Part shown: positions 1 to 7,585 of the stretch, one piece after another
Position numbering within the stretch: the first letter of the stretch is position 1
How the letters are laid out: every line of letters begins with the position of its first letter
Source of the DNA: Coleofasciculus chthonoplastes F2-STO-03
Lineage (GTDB): Bacteria; Cyanobacteriota; Cyanobacteriia; Cyanobacteriales; Coleofasciculaceae
Direction of reading: 5' to 3'
Assembly: GCA_040222015.1 (NCBI GenBank)
Contig: JAVJWO010000169.1
Coordinates: forward strand, 1 to 18,503
Length of the DNA stretch: 18,503 bases
Notes under the pieces: model-generated
Seen by the model: only the letters and a program-made list of their open reading frames with translations
Told to the model about the DNA's origin: nothing
Database searches by the model: none
Position numbers and translations under genes: made by a program

Positions 1-10
1 ATCCAATTAA

Positions 11-246
11 GTAAAGTTTGCCTCGACAATGTTAGACGGGCTTTTTAAGGATTCAGCACTACAGCTATAAACCTGTTCACTGATTGCTTAACTGAATCCG
101 ATAGAGCATGATGCTGGCGTTCACATCAAGGTGTCATGACCCGTCTAACGTAGACTGCGGTGAGTCTTGGTCTGCACGTTCCGACTATGTACAGATATGC
201 CTAGATCTGCATAGTTCTGTATAGGTTTTTCGGAACGGTTTGTACC
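11..246 (-). ncRNA. HEARO/omegaRNA-like scaffold of an IS200/IS605 (IscB/IsrB, RRXRR-type) element
   Basis: The minus strand reads GACCAAGACT..AGTCTACGTTAGACGGGTCATGACACC..GATG..GCCAGCATC..GCTCTATCG..CAGTTAAGCA..AGTGCTG..AAAAAGCCCGTCTAACATTGTCGAGGCAAACTTTAC, the ordered motif series typical upstream of cyanobacterial iscB/RRXRR genes. Visible stems: 31-40/140-149 (10 bp perfect), 49-56/92-99 (8 bp perfect), 109-113/124-128, 152-156/163-167, and a long 5' hairpin at 177-237. The 5' boundary is uncertain (237-246). Confidence 0.8.
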
Positions 247-257
247 AAAATGTTATC

Positions 258-275
258 GGTAAAACCCGCCCCTAC
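258..275 (-). repeat. Single arm of a GTAG-type REP palindrome (GTAGGGGCGGGTTTTACC)
   Basis: Its reverse complement is identical (18/18) to 17172-17189, the left arm of a complete hairpin. No partner arm is visible here. Confidence 0.8.
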
Positions 276-350
276 AACCCTGCGTCTCTATCCCTTACAG
301 TTATCACCATCTCCACCATCTCTCCCAGCTTCCCGACTCACTGACGCAGG

Positions 351-1214
351 CTAAGCAATTCGCTGGAGAAATTCTTTGGTTAACTCGGTAAACGCTTTAG
401 CACCCGTGGAAGCGGGTTCAGTGAGAACCACGGGTTGAAACTCATCAACGGCTTTAGCGATGGCGACATTGGTGGGGATTTCGGTGATAAAGACTTTATC
501 GTCACCAAAATCAGAACGGACTCGCTTCTTTACTTTTGCCGCCATCGTCGTTGCATGACCCAGGGAAGAAAAGACAATACCCAGTAAATTGAGTGTAGCG
601 CGATCGCTCTGCTTTAATCTTCTGATGCGACCTTCCAAAATCCCCATACCTACAACCGATAGGGGTTCAGGCTTGGCGGGAATCAGATAAAAGTCACTGG
701 CAATTATACCACTGCGCGTCAGCAAATTATCTCCTGGCGGAAAATCCAGCAGAATCCAGTCATAATTAGAGACAATCGGTTGAATAATCCGCTTCACTAA
801 CGCATCTTCCAGATGATTCCAGCCTTTTTCAAAGTCTTGCTGATTGCTATGGGCTTGTGTATAAATCTGGGTAGCTAATAAGAAATCGTTGTACAGTTCG
901 ATATTACCAGGGATCAAGTCCAATCCTTTGACCTGACAAATGTTGGGGACAATCACCTCGTTAACAAGCAGAGACGACAACGAATGGGATTGAAAGGCTT
1001 GATTAACTAATTGTTGTAGCGTGCGTTTTTGTTTGCGGCATTTCGTAAACTGTACCGGAGGGATTAGGCTGAGAGTCGCGTTAATCTGGGTATCGAGATC
1101 AACGATTAAAACTCGCATCCCATGTTCCTTAGCCAGACTTGTCCCCAAGTTGACGGTGAGTGTGGTTTTGCCCACACCCCCTTTCATATTGACGATTGAA
1201 ATAACGTTGCCCAT
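351..1214 (-). CDS. parA: ParA/Soj-family ATPase (no adjacent parB)
   Basis: Deviant Walker A NMKGGVGKTT, A' motif LIVDLDTQINAT, Walker B WILLDFPP, ASDFYLIP and C-terminal IPTNVAIAKA; 287 aa. Confidence 0.92.
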   Translation of the reverse strand: MGNVISIVNMKGGVGKTTLTVNLGTSLAKEHGMRVLIVDLDTQINATLSLIPPVQFTKCRKQKRTLQQLVNQAFQSHSLSSLLVNEVIVPNICQVKGLDLIPGNIELYNDFLLATQIYTQAHSNQQDFEKGWNHLEDALVKRIIQPIVSNYDWILLDFPPGDNLLTRSGIIASDFYLIPAKPEPLSVVGMGILEGRIRRLKQSDRATLNLLGIVFSSLGHATTMAAKVKKRVRSDFGDDKVFITEIPTNVAIAKAVDEFQPVVLTEPASTGAKAFTELTKEFLQRIA

Positions 1215-1297
1215 TCATAGTTGTATTGACAATAGTTCTATCATAGTCTGCTCTGCCTTATACCGTGGAGATGGGAGACATTAGTTGGGGTGAGTTT

Positions 1298-1326
1298 AGT
1301 CGCATCTGGGTCAAAACGAAATGCTA
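1298..1326 (+). repeat. Direct repeat copy 1 (AGTCGCATCTGGGTCAAAACGAAATGCTA)
   Basis: 25/29 identical to 2596-2624; both copies are also preceded by GTTT, with a one-base offset. Confidence 0.75.
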
Positions 1327-1374
1327 TAGTTTAGACCGTGATCATTTCAACTTTTGTTGCACTGCCATATAGGT

Positions 1375-1637
1375 ATGAGTAAACCTCAAGTCATGTCCGT
1401 GCAAAATATAAGAGTGAAACTCTCCCTTACACCAAAAAATATACAGGTAAGGACTAGGGGATAAAATACCAATACCATTAAATCAATTTTTTATCGACAA
1501 GAAACAGAAACACTTGAAGATTGGTTAAAAGAGTATCTATTCCTTATCAAAACGTTGAACAACTAGAAGCTGCTTTTGGGAATGACATTAATGACCCTCG
1601 TTTTATTCCTTACATTCAATTACGAATAAAAAAATAA
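1375..1637 (+). pseudogene. Possible degraded ORF of unknown function
   Basis: ATG at 1375 and an in-frame TAA at 1462-1464; the frame continues NTIKSIFYRQETETLEDWLK, and a frameshift at an A-run gives RVSIPYQNVEQLEAAFGNDINDPRFIPYIQLRIKK-stop. It reads like protein but I recognise no family. Confidence 0.25.
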
Positions 1638-1675
1638 ACAATTAACTTTGCTTGTTTCTACCGACTTAATTTTTC

Positions 1676-2506
1676 CTATTTAGCAACTTTTTCAAAGATT
1701 AACAACTCATAGGTGATCAAATTAAGTTGACTAAAAAACTCTAGTCCTCTCACGGCAATCCAGTCGTTTAAAGAACGTATAATAGTGGGAGCAATGGCAC
1801 GATAAGTTGGCTGGACATTTTTAGTTATGTTTTTTCTTTCTGTGAGGATATAGCCAGTTTGATTGGCTATGTCTTGGTAATCTTTTAATCCAATAAATTC
1901 GACTTGACTGGTCGCCTTTTTGCCGTAAGATTGAGTGATAATTTGACTCAATATTTTGGTTTCTACAAACTGCCACAGTTTAACAATAGGTTCAGCAATT
2001 AAAAAATCAACGACAATTAATTTACCTCCATCTTTTAATCTTTGATTAACTTGAGTAAAGAATTTTTGGCGTGAAGGAAAAGCAAAAATACATTCTAACG
2101 CCCAAGCACAATCAAGCGTCGGTAATGTTTCAGGAAGGGAACAAGCATCTCCTTCAAGAAAACAGAGGTGATTACCATGAAGTGATTGATGTTTAACTTT
2201 AGCCTGTTGAACTTGTTCGGCATCAATGTTAATGCCAATTAATTCAAGGTCATGATAAAGTTTATTCGCTAACCCAATTGTGCCACCCCAACCACACCCA
2301 GCATCAAGAACTGTATTTCGGGGTTGTAAATCAGCGACTTCCAGAACCAAGAGAGAAAGTTGTTCCGACGCCTGTGCAAAATCAACCAAATTACCAACAG
2401 CATCTTGGGGATTCTGCCAATACCCCCAGTGAATATGTTCGCCAAAAGCAGTTTTAATCTCAGGATTTTTTTCAAACTCTTGGACAAGATTATCAAAGAA
2501 ACCCAT
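1676..2506 (-). CDS. Class I SAM-dependent methyltransferase (sterol/tocopherol/natural-product O-methyltransferase-like)
   Basis: FGEHIHWGYW pre-motif, motif I VLDAGCGWGG, GINID, EGDACSLP, ALECIFAF and LKDGGKLIVVDF; visibly AT-rich. Confidence 0.9.
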   Translation of the reverse strand: MGFFDNLVQEFEKNPEIKTAFGEHIHWGYWQNPQDAVGNLVDFAQASEQLSLLVLEVADLQPRNTVLDAGCGWGGTIGLANKLYHDLELIGINIDAEQVQQAKVKHQSLHGNHLCFLEGDACSLPETLPTLDCAWALECIFAFPSRQKFFTQVNQRLKDGGKLIVVDFLIAEPIVKLWQFVETKILSQIITQSYGKKATSQVEFIGLKDYQDIANQTGYILTERKNITKNVQPTYRAIAPTIIRSLNDWIAVRGLEFFSQLNLITYELLIFEKVAK

Positions 2507-2595
2507 AACTTGAATGTCATTCGCCTCATTAATAATACTCTATATCCGGACAACGTAGCAATCCGTTCATTGCATGACTCAGCCGAGGCTGTTTG

Positions 2596-2624
2596 AGTCA
2601 CATTTGGGTCAAAACAAAATGATA
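2596..2624 (+). repeat. Direct repeat copy 2 (AGTCACATTTGGGTCAAAACAAAATGATA)
   Basis: 25/29 identical to 1298-1326; overlaps a TGACTCA..TGAGTCA hairpin at 2575-2600. Confidence 0.75.
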
Positions 2625-2688
2625 ATCCTGAACCCCTCACCCCTCCCCCACACAAAACTTTCGCACTCCCTCTGCCTACCTCTGCGTT

Positions 2689-2793
2689 ATATGATGTCCG
2701 GACCCATCACCCCTAATAAAAATGTAGGGACCTGGTAACTAAGCCCCTACTCCCCCCTCACCGTAATTATGGGTATTCAACCGGACATGATAT
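2689..2793. mobile_element. MITE-like element (~105 bp) with an internal REP hairpin
   Basis: Terminal inverted repeats ATATGATGTCCGG (2689-2701) and CCGGACATGATAT (2781-2793) are 12/13 complementary. A GTAGGG..CCCTAC hairpin lies inside at 2724-2750, and CCTCTGCYTACCTCTGCGTT repeats lie on both flanks. Confidence 0.65.
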
Positions 2794-2819
2794 TAAAACC
2801 TCTGCTTACCTCTGCGTTT

Positions 2820-5411
2820 TCACAATTCAATCCTTTGGGCAAATAAACTCTGCAACCGCTGCAAATTTGCCCCAACTTTATAAAGTAAATCTCCTTTCCC
2901 CAAAAGATAAGCCGCTTCCGATTGTCTCCCGCCTAAAATAATCTCGGAATCCGCTTCACTAGCTGTCCGCAACGCCACTCTTCCTGGTAAATTTGACCGG
3001 ATAATCGGAGTAACCACTCTCGCTTCTGGGCGTTGCGTGGCAATAATTAAATGGATACCCGCCGCTCTCGTCTTTGAACCCAACCGTGTGATACTCAATT
3101 CTAAAGCATTGCGGATATCTTTTTCGGTCATAAAGTCAGCATATTCGTCAAAGATGCAGACAAGACGGGGTAAGGGTGGGTTATTCTGTTGATTATAAGC
3201 GTCGAGATGAGAACATCCCGCTTGCTCAAATCGCTGATAACGCCGTTCCATTTCTGTGACTAAACTTTCCATCAACGCGATCGCATTGTCGCTATCCTTG
3301 ACGATAGGGGAGTATAACCAGGGGATTTGCTCGAATTCGGGAAAGGTGACACGCTTAGGATCAACCAGGGCGATTTTAAGCTGCTGAGGGGAATGGCGAT
3401 AGAGTAACGATAACAGGAGCGATCGCAAAAATTCACTCTTTCCGCTTCCCGTTGTTCCCCCCACCAGAAAGTGACAGGTATTCGCATCGGATAAGTCGGC
3501 TTCCACGAGTTTCCCCTCTAAATCCACGCCAATGGCAATTTTTACGGGAGCATGGGCTGATGGTGTCCGGGATGTGATATAATTCTCAAGCCGCGCCACT
3601 TGTCGATCTGGACGTGGTAAATCAACACTGACATAGCCAGGTTGCGGCGCAATCAGGGGAGGATGAGTAATCCCAAGTTGTACCTGTAAATCAGCCGATA
3701 ATCTCAGCAACCTGTTAACCGTTACCCCCAGACTCGGTTTCAGTTTCACCCGGATAAACGCTGGACCAACAGCTGTTCCCACACAAGTCACGTCTATCTT
3801 AAAGGATTGTAACGTCTCGATTAACTGTTGCGCGATCGCATCATTGTTCGTAGTAAGCGCTTTAGCGCCATCAGTCTTTGTCGTAGACACTTCAGCGCCA
3901 TCAGAAGTCCCCTCCTCTTCCCCTTTCCTGGGCTGTGTATCTGTACTCGTGACTTCAAAGTAGGTTTGACAGGTTTCCTGTTGAGGACAGATATCACACA
4001 AGTGAGTATTCGACGTGAGCGGTGGCGGATTTGAATGAGTCTGTTGCCAACTCACCCAGTCCTGCATTTGCTGTAACTTATGGGGAATCAACTCATGAAC
4101 CGCCGTTTGCAACTGTTCCCAAGAATAGGCATACTCCTTAAATTCTGGGAGAACACAATACACCGCTGAATCAACCAGCACTCCTTTAGTTTTATTGAGC
4201 ATATAACCATAGAGTGCCACTTGAGCTAATTGCGCTGATGGGTCAACCGGTTCGTAGGTTTTATAATCAATTAAACAGAGACGATTGCGTTCAAAATTAA
4301 ACACTAAACTATCAAATCGCCCTGTCACCTCCTGGGATGTACCATTAGGTAGATTAAAGTGATAACTAAGCTTATTTTCTTCTAAAATAAAGGTTTGATG
4401 AATAACCATTTGATGCAAACAATAGCGGCGATTTACCACTAATAATTCGACCCAACGCTGAATTAGAGCGGTTAAGCCTTGCCACAGCTTTGGCAATACC
4501 GTCGCCATTTCGGGATGGGATTCGATGTAGGGAAAAAATACCTGTTGATAAAATATTTCCTGCATTCCCATGGCGACAGCTTCGCGATTTAATTGCTCAG
4601 CGGACGGTTCTAATAAGTCGGAAACGTGGGAATTTGCTTGAGCGAGTTTGATAAATTGTTCGGCTAAGGTGTGAAACGCTGTACCAATTCCGATAGATTG
4701 ACCGGGTGGAATAAATAAAGTGTTCCCATCAAAATGTTGTTTTAAATAGAATAAACGTGGACATTCAAACGCCACGCGCACTTTAGTTGCACTGAAGGGA
4801 GGATGTTCGGCTGTTTCGGGTTGTGGCTTGGGTGTGATCACGACTGGGGGTGGAGTAGGGGGCTGTGTTAATTGTAATAAATGGCGATGGACATGCGCTA
4901 AATAAACTGTGTCCATTTTGGCATAGTGCAGTTGTTTGGCGGTGAGGGGGCGCTGTCCCCAATCACTGTTTTGTTCGGTTTTATCAACGTTGGTGAAGTG
5001 ACAGAGTTCAACAGCGAGGGTTTTGAGTTGTTTGTTGGAGACTTGCAGGGGATTTTGGCGGGAATTTCTGGTGAGTTTCCGGACGAGTTTGAAGGTACAG
5101 GTGATATTTTGGGCTTGTTGGCTCCCGCCGAGAAATCTTAGATCAAAGCTGGCGTTGTGAAATACTTTCTCTATGTTGGGGTTAACCATAATCTGAGTGA
5201 CGAAATCCCTGACGATATCGGGGTTATCGAGGACATCGAAGATATAGGCGCGATCGCCGGTTCTGTCTGTGGGATCTGCTAATATTTGAATCAGGGAGAG
5301 TCTGGGGTTTGATGTTTGCCAGTCGGCGACTTCTGTGTCTAGCCAGAGGATTGAATAAGTGGCGAGTTGGGATATAGTTTGGCGGATTTCATTGGGGGTG
5401 GTGAGGTACAT
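2820..5411 (-). CDS. Fusion protein: RNase D-like DEDDy 3'-5' exonuclease + PD-(D/E)XK (RecB/AddB/Cas4-like) nuclease + FtsK/SpoIIIE ATPase
   Basis: Exonuclease: WLDTE, FHNASFDL, SDWGQRPL..YAKMD. Nuclease: FSATKV..ECPRLFYL, GRFD, LIDYKT, QVALY, CDICPQQETC. FtsK: alpha domain VGPAFIRVKLKP, Walker A GTTGSGKS, VDPKR, Walker B CIFDEYAD, RAAGIHLIIATQRP and LLGKGDLL. Confidence 0.92.
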   Translation of the reverse strand: MYLTTPNEIRQTISQLATYSILWLDTEVADWQTSNPRLSLIQILADPTDRTGDRAYIFDVLDNPDIVRDFVTQIMVNPNIEKVFHNASFDLRFLGGSQQAQNITCTFKLVRKLTRNSRQNPLQVSNKQLKTLAVELCHFTNVDKTEQNSDWGQRPLTAKQLHYAKMDTVYLAHVHRHLLQLTQPPTPPPVVITPKPQPETAEHPPFSATKVRVAFECPRLFYLKQHFDGNTLFIPPGQSIGIGTAFHTLAEQFIKLAQANSHVSDLLEPSAEQLNREAVAMGMQEIFYQQVFFPYIESHPEMATVLPKLWQGLTALIQRWVELLVVNRRYCLHQMVIHQTFILEENKLSYHFNLPNGTSQEVTGRFDSLVFNFERNRLCLIDYKTYEPVDPSAQLAQVALYGYMLNKTKGVLVDSAVYCVLPEFKEYAYSWEQLQTAVHELIPHKLQQMQDWVSWQQTHSNPPPLTSNTHLCDICPQQETCQTYFEVTSTDTQPRKGEEEGTSDGAEVSTTKTDGAKALTTNNDAIAQQLIETLQSFKIDVTCVGTAVGPAFIRVKLKPSLGVTVNRLLRLSADLQVQLGITHPPLIAPQPGYVSVDLPRPDRQVARLENYITSRTPSAHAPVKIAIGVDLEGKLVEADLSDANTCHFLVGGTTGSGKSEFLRSLLLSLLYRHSPQQLKIALVDPKRVTFPEFEQIPWLYSPIVKDSDNAIALMESLVTEMERRYQRFEQAGCSHLDAYNQQNNPPLPRLVCIFDEYADFMTEKDIRNALELSITRLGSKTRAAGIHLIIATQRPEARVVTPIIRSNLPGRVALRTASEADSEIILGGRQSEAAYLLGKGDLLYKVGANLQRLQSLFAQRIEL

Positions 5412-5424
5412 GGGAGGATTTTTT

Positions 5425-5469
5425 TAAACGCAGAGTAACGCAGAGGTAGGCGCAGAGGGCGCAGAGGGG
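5425..5469. repeat. CGCAGAG/CTCTGCG-family short repeats
   Basis: AAACGCAGAGTAACGCAGAGGTAGGCGCAGAGGGCGCAGAGGGG; its reverse complement resembles 2668-2688 and 2799-2819. Confidence 0.75.
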
Positions 5470-5550
5470 TAAGTGAGGTTTATTGTTGCTCGTTTTGGGT
5501 TAGAAATGTTGACGTTGCTGACGACGAGTTTTGAGTCAGGATTATTTAAG

Positions 5551-7527
5551 TTAGGGGGATGTGTTGTTTTTGGTTGGGGGTTTCCAGCAGACGGATTGAT
5601 CTTGGGGTTTGGCGTCAGGGGGGATGAGGGTGATTTGGTTTTCTTGACAGAGTGTCTGAATTTGCTGATTGATTTGGGATTCATCGATATGGGAGAAGTC
5701 TTGCATGGTTAAATCAACGAGTTTTTGCCGTCCAATCATGAATTGGGTTTTGACGAGGTTTAAGAGGAAGTCTTTGATTTTTATTAAATCGGGTTCAGGC
5801 TTAATAATGGGTTTAGATACAATTCCTATGTCTTGTAACAATGGACAATTCTGTAAAACGTGAGAGTCTCGAATCAATTTTTCTAACGTAGGGAGATCGA
5901 GGGTTTGTTGGTGAATGACTAATTCCCCAGCACCGGCGGAGTTGACTAAAAGCTGATAGGTTCTCAGATAATGGATAGAGTCGAGATGGGGGGTAAGATG
6001 ACGAGGCGGTGAGCCGTTGAAGAGTTTTTTGAATAGTTTATATCCTTTATTCTTGGCTTGACCCAGTTTTTCGGCTCGAACCAGAATCAGAGTATCACAA
6101 CAGTTTTTTTTCAGGTCTTTTTCGCAGGCGTTCATCGCTGCATTGAAGCTTGTCATGTTGGGTTCTTCGTTCCAGAAAATTCCTAGTCGTTCAGTTTTAT
6201 CGGGATGCTGATAACTGAAGGAATAACTACTATACTTAGCATGATTTAAAAGATGAGGGTCAGTGTTGATCTGCAAGGCGTTCATTGCCTGTTGCAACAT
6301 TTGTGTCAGATCAACCGATGAAAATTGACGAATTCGCTCGACTTTTTGTTGGGTTTTGTGGAATTCTTTAAGCCAAATTAATTTAAAAGTGGCAACGGCA
6401 TCTTCTATTGGTGGTTTATGACCTAATTTATGTTCAATAAATAATTCTCCGCCAAGTCCTAATACATTTCGCAAATTGGCTCTACCCCCAGGAAATTTTT
6501 GCTCCAATGCTTGTTTCTGGAGAGGATAAAGGGGAGAGTCGGGTTTAGGAGTCGCTTGATCATGCAGGGAATAGAGTCGGGTTATCCAGAGGGCTTCAGC
6601 TTGTTCAAGGTTTATTGATTTTAGACGAACTTGTTTTTCAATTCCGGCTAAATCGGATTGTTCGAGACGTTCTTTACTCACCTTCCATTGATTCGTTACA
6701 ATGCTGATAATAACCAGAATATTTTTAAGATATTGATTGTGGAACGTTCTATTAAGATTAAATAAGGATTGTAAGTTGGGAATTCCATCAGCAAACTTCG
6801 GTGTCATTTCCGCTTGATCGAAGCAGAGAACAATGGGTTTTGTCGATGCTGAAATTCTGCCAAAGTTGCCGATTATTCCCCGCGCGGCTTCTTCATTATC
6901 GATAGGCTGATTAACCCCTAATGCATTGAGGTCATCTCGATCTAAATTTTCTCCTCGCAACCAGTCACAAGCCAAAAAATATAAATCCGGATTCGTGAGA
7001 CCATACAATACACCAAAGAAATCTCTTGCCTGATAAATACCCGAGGGATAAGTGCTTCTAAAATTGCGAATAAAAAGTCCTCGTTCCCCCAGGATTCTCT
7101 TCATCATGCTGCGATCTTTAAACGCTGATAGTCCTTTCAACCAAAGAATTAATTGAGAACTTTCTTGTCCTTCAGGCTTTTGCATCAGACTATCTACCAT
7201 TTGGCGCAACGTATGTCGCCAAATATGCTGATTATCTGCCCAGGGATCAATATAGATAAAAAAAGCGTCAGGGTTAAGCTTTTTTTTAAGACGTCCTAAT
7301 AAATAACTTTTCCCTGAACCCGAGTCTCCATCCAGTAATATCGTCCGTGTCCGCTGATCTCTGGCGACTAATCGGAGAACCTCAGTCACCTGAGTAATTG
7401 CTTCTTGGTGAATTGAATCAACTGTGGCGGCGACTTGTTGATCTTCTCGCCAAAAGTTTCCGGTTTTAAAGGTTACCGGATCAAAAGGGTTGACTTCTTG
7501 TTTTATAATTTCATCAATGTTTGCCAT
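5551..7527 (-). CDS. Large P-loop (AAA+/STAND-like) ATPase, possibly RcaG-like
   Basis: N-terminal NPFD, Walker A LDGDSGSGKS and Walker B IVLCFDQAE, followed by an alpha/beta domain (LGIFWNEEPN..LILVRAE) and a probable C-terminal winged helix. It starts 58 nt after the RcaD-like gene. The RcaG link rests on gene position only. Confidence 0.8.
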   Translation of the reverse strand: MANIDEIIKQEVNPFDPVTFKTGNFWREDQQVAATVDSIHQEAITQVTEVLRLVARDQRTRTILLDGDSGSGKSYLLGRLKKKLNPDAFFIYIDPWADNQHIWRHTLRQMVDSLMQKPEGQESSQLILWLKGLSAFKDRSMMKRILGERGLFIRNFRSTYPSGIYQARDFFGVLYGLTNPDLYFLACDWLRGENLDRDDLNALGVNQPIDNEEAARGIIGNFGRISASTKPIVLCFDQAEMTPKFADGIPNLQSLFNLNRTFHNQYLKNILVIISIVTNQWKVSKERLEQSDLAGIEKQVRLKSINLEQAEALWITRLYSLHDQATPKPDSPLYPLQKQALEQKFPGGRANLRNVLGLGGELFIEHKLGHKPPIEDAVATFKLIWLKEFHKTQQKVERIRQFSSVDLTQMLQQAMNALQINTDPHLLNHAKYSSYSFSYQHPDKTERLGIFWNEEPNMTSFNAAMNACEKDLKKNCCDTLILVRAEKLGQAKNKGYKLFKKLFNGSPPRHLTPHLDSIHYLRTYQLLVNSAGAGELVIHQQTLDLPTLEKLIRDSHVLQNCPLLQDIGIVSKPIIKPEPDLIKIKDFLLNLVKTQFMIGRQKLVDLTMQDFSHIDESQINQQIQTLCQENQITLIPPDAKPQDQSVCWKPPTKNNTSP

Positions 7528-7585
7528 GATTATCTTTAGAAGTGATTACAAACAGAATTGGCGGGTATGGTGAAAAATGAGTCCG

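Noticed and set aside
1226..1231. Perfect TTGACA -35 box on the plus strand
   Set aside because: There is no -10 element at proper spacing and no intact plus-strand gene follows.
2820..3840. Housekeeping cell-division FtsK
   Set aside because: It has no N-terminal transmembrane region and no gamma domain, and it is fused to nucleases.
3960..4800. Cas4 / CRISPR adaptation gene
   Set aside because: The 4-Cys PD-(D/E)XK domain is shared with AddB/RecB-like nucleases; here it is fused to FtsK, and no cas1, cas2 or array is in the window.
5424..5863. Short ORFs 5424..5684, 5473..5712 and 5669..5863
   Set aside because: They overlap the ATPase 3' end and repeat DNA, and show no recognisable motifs.
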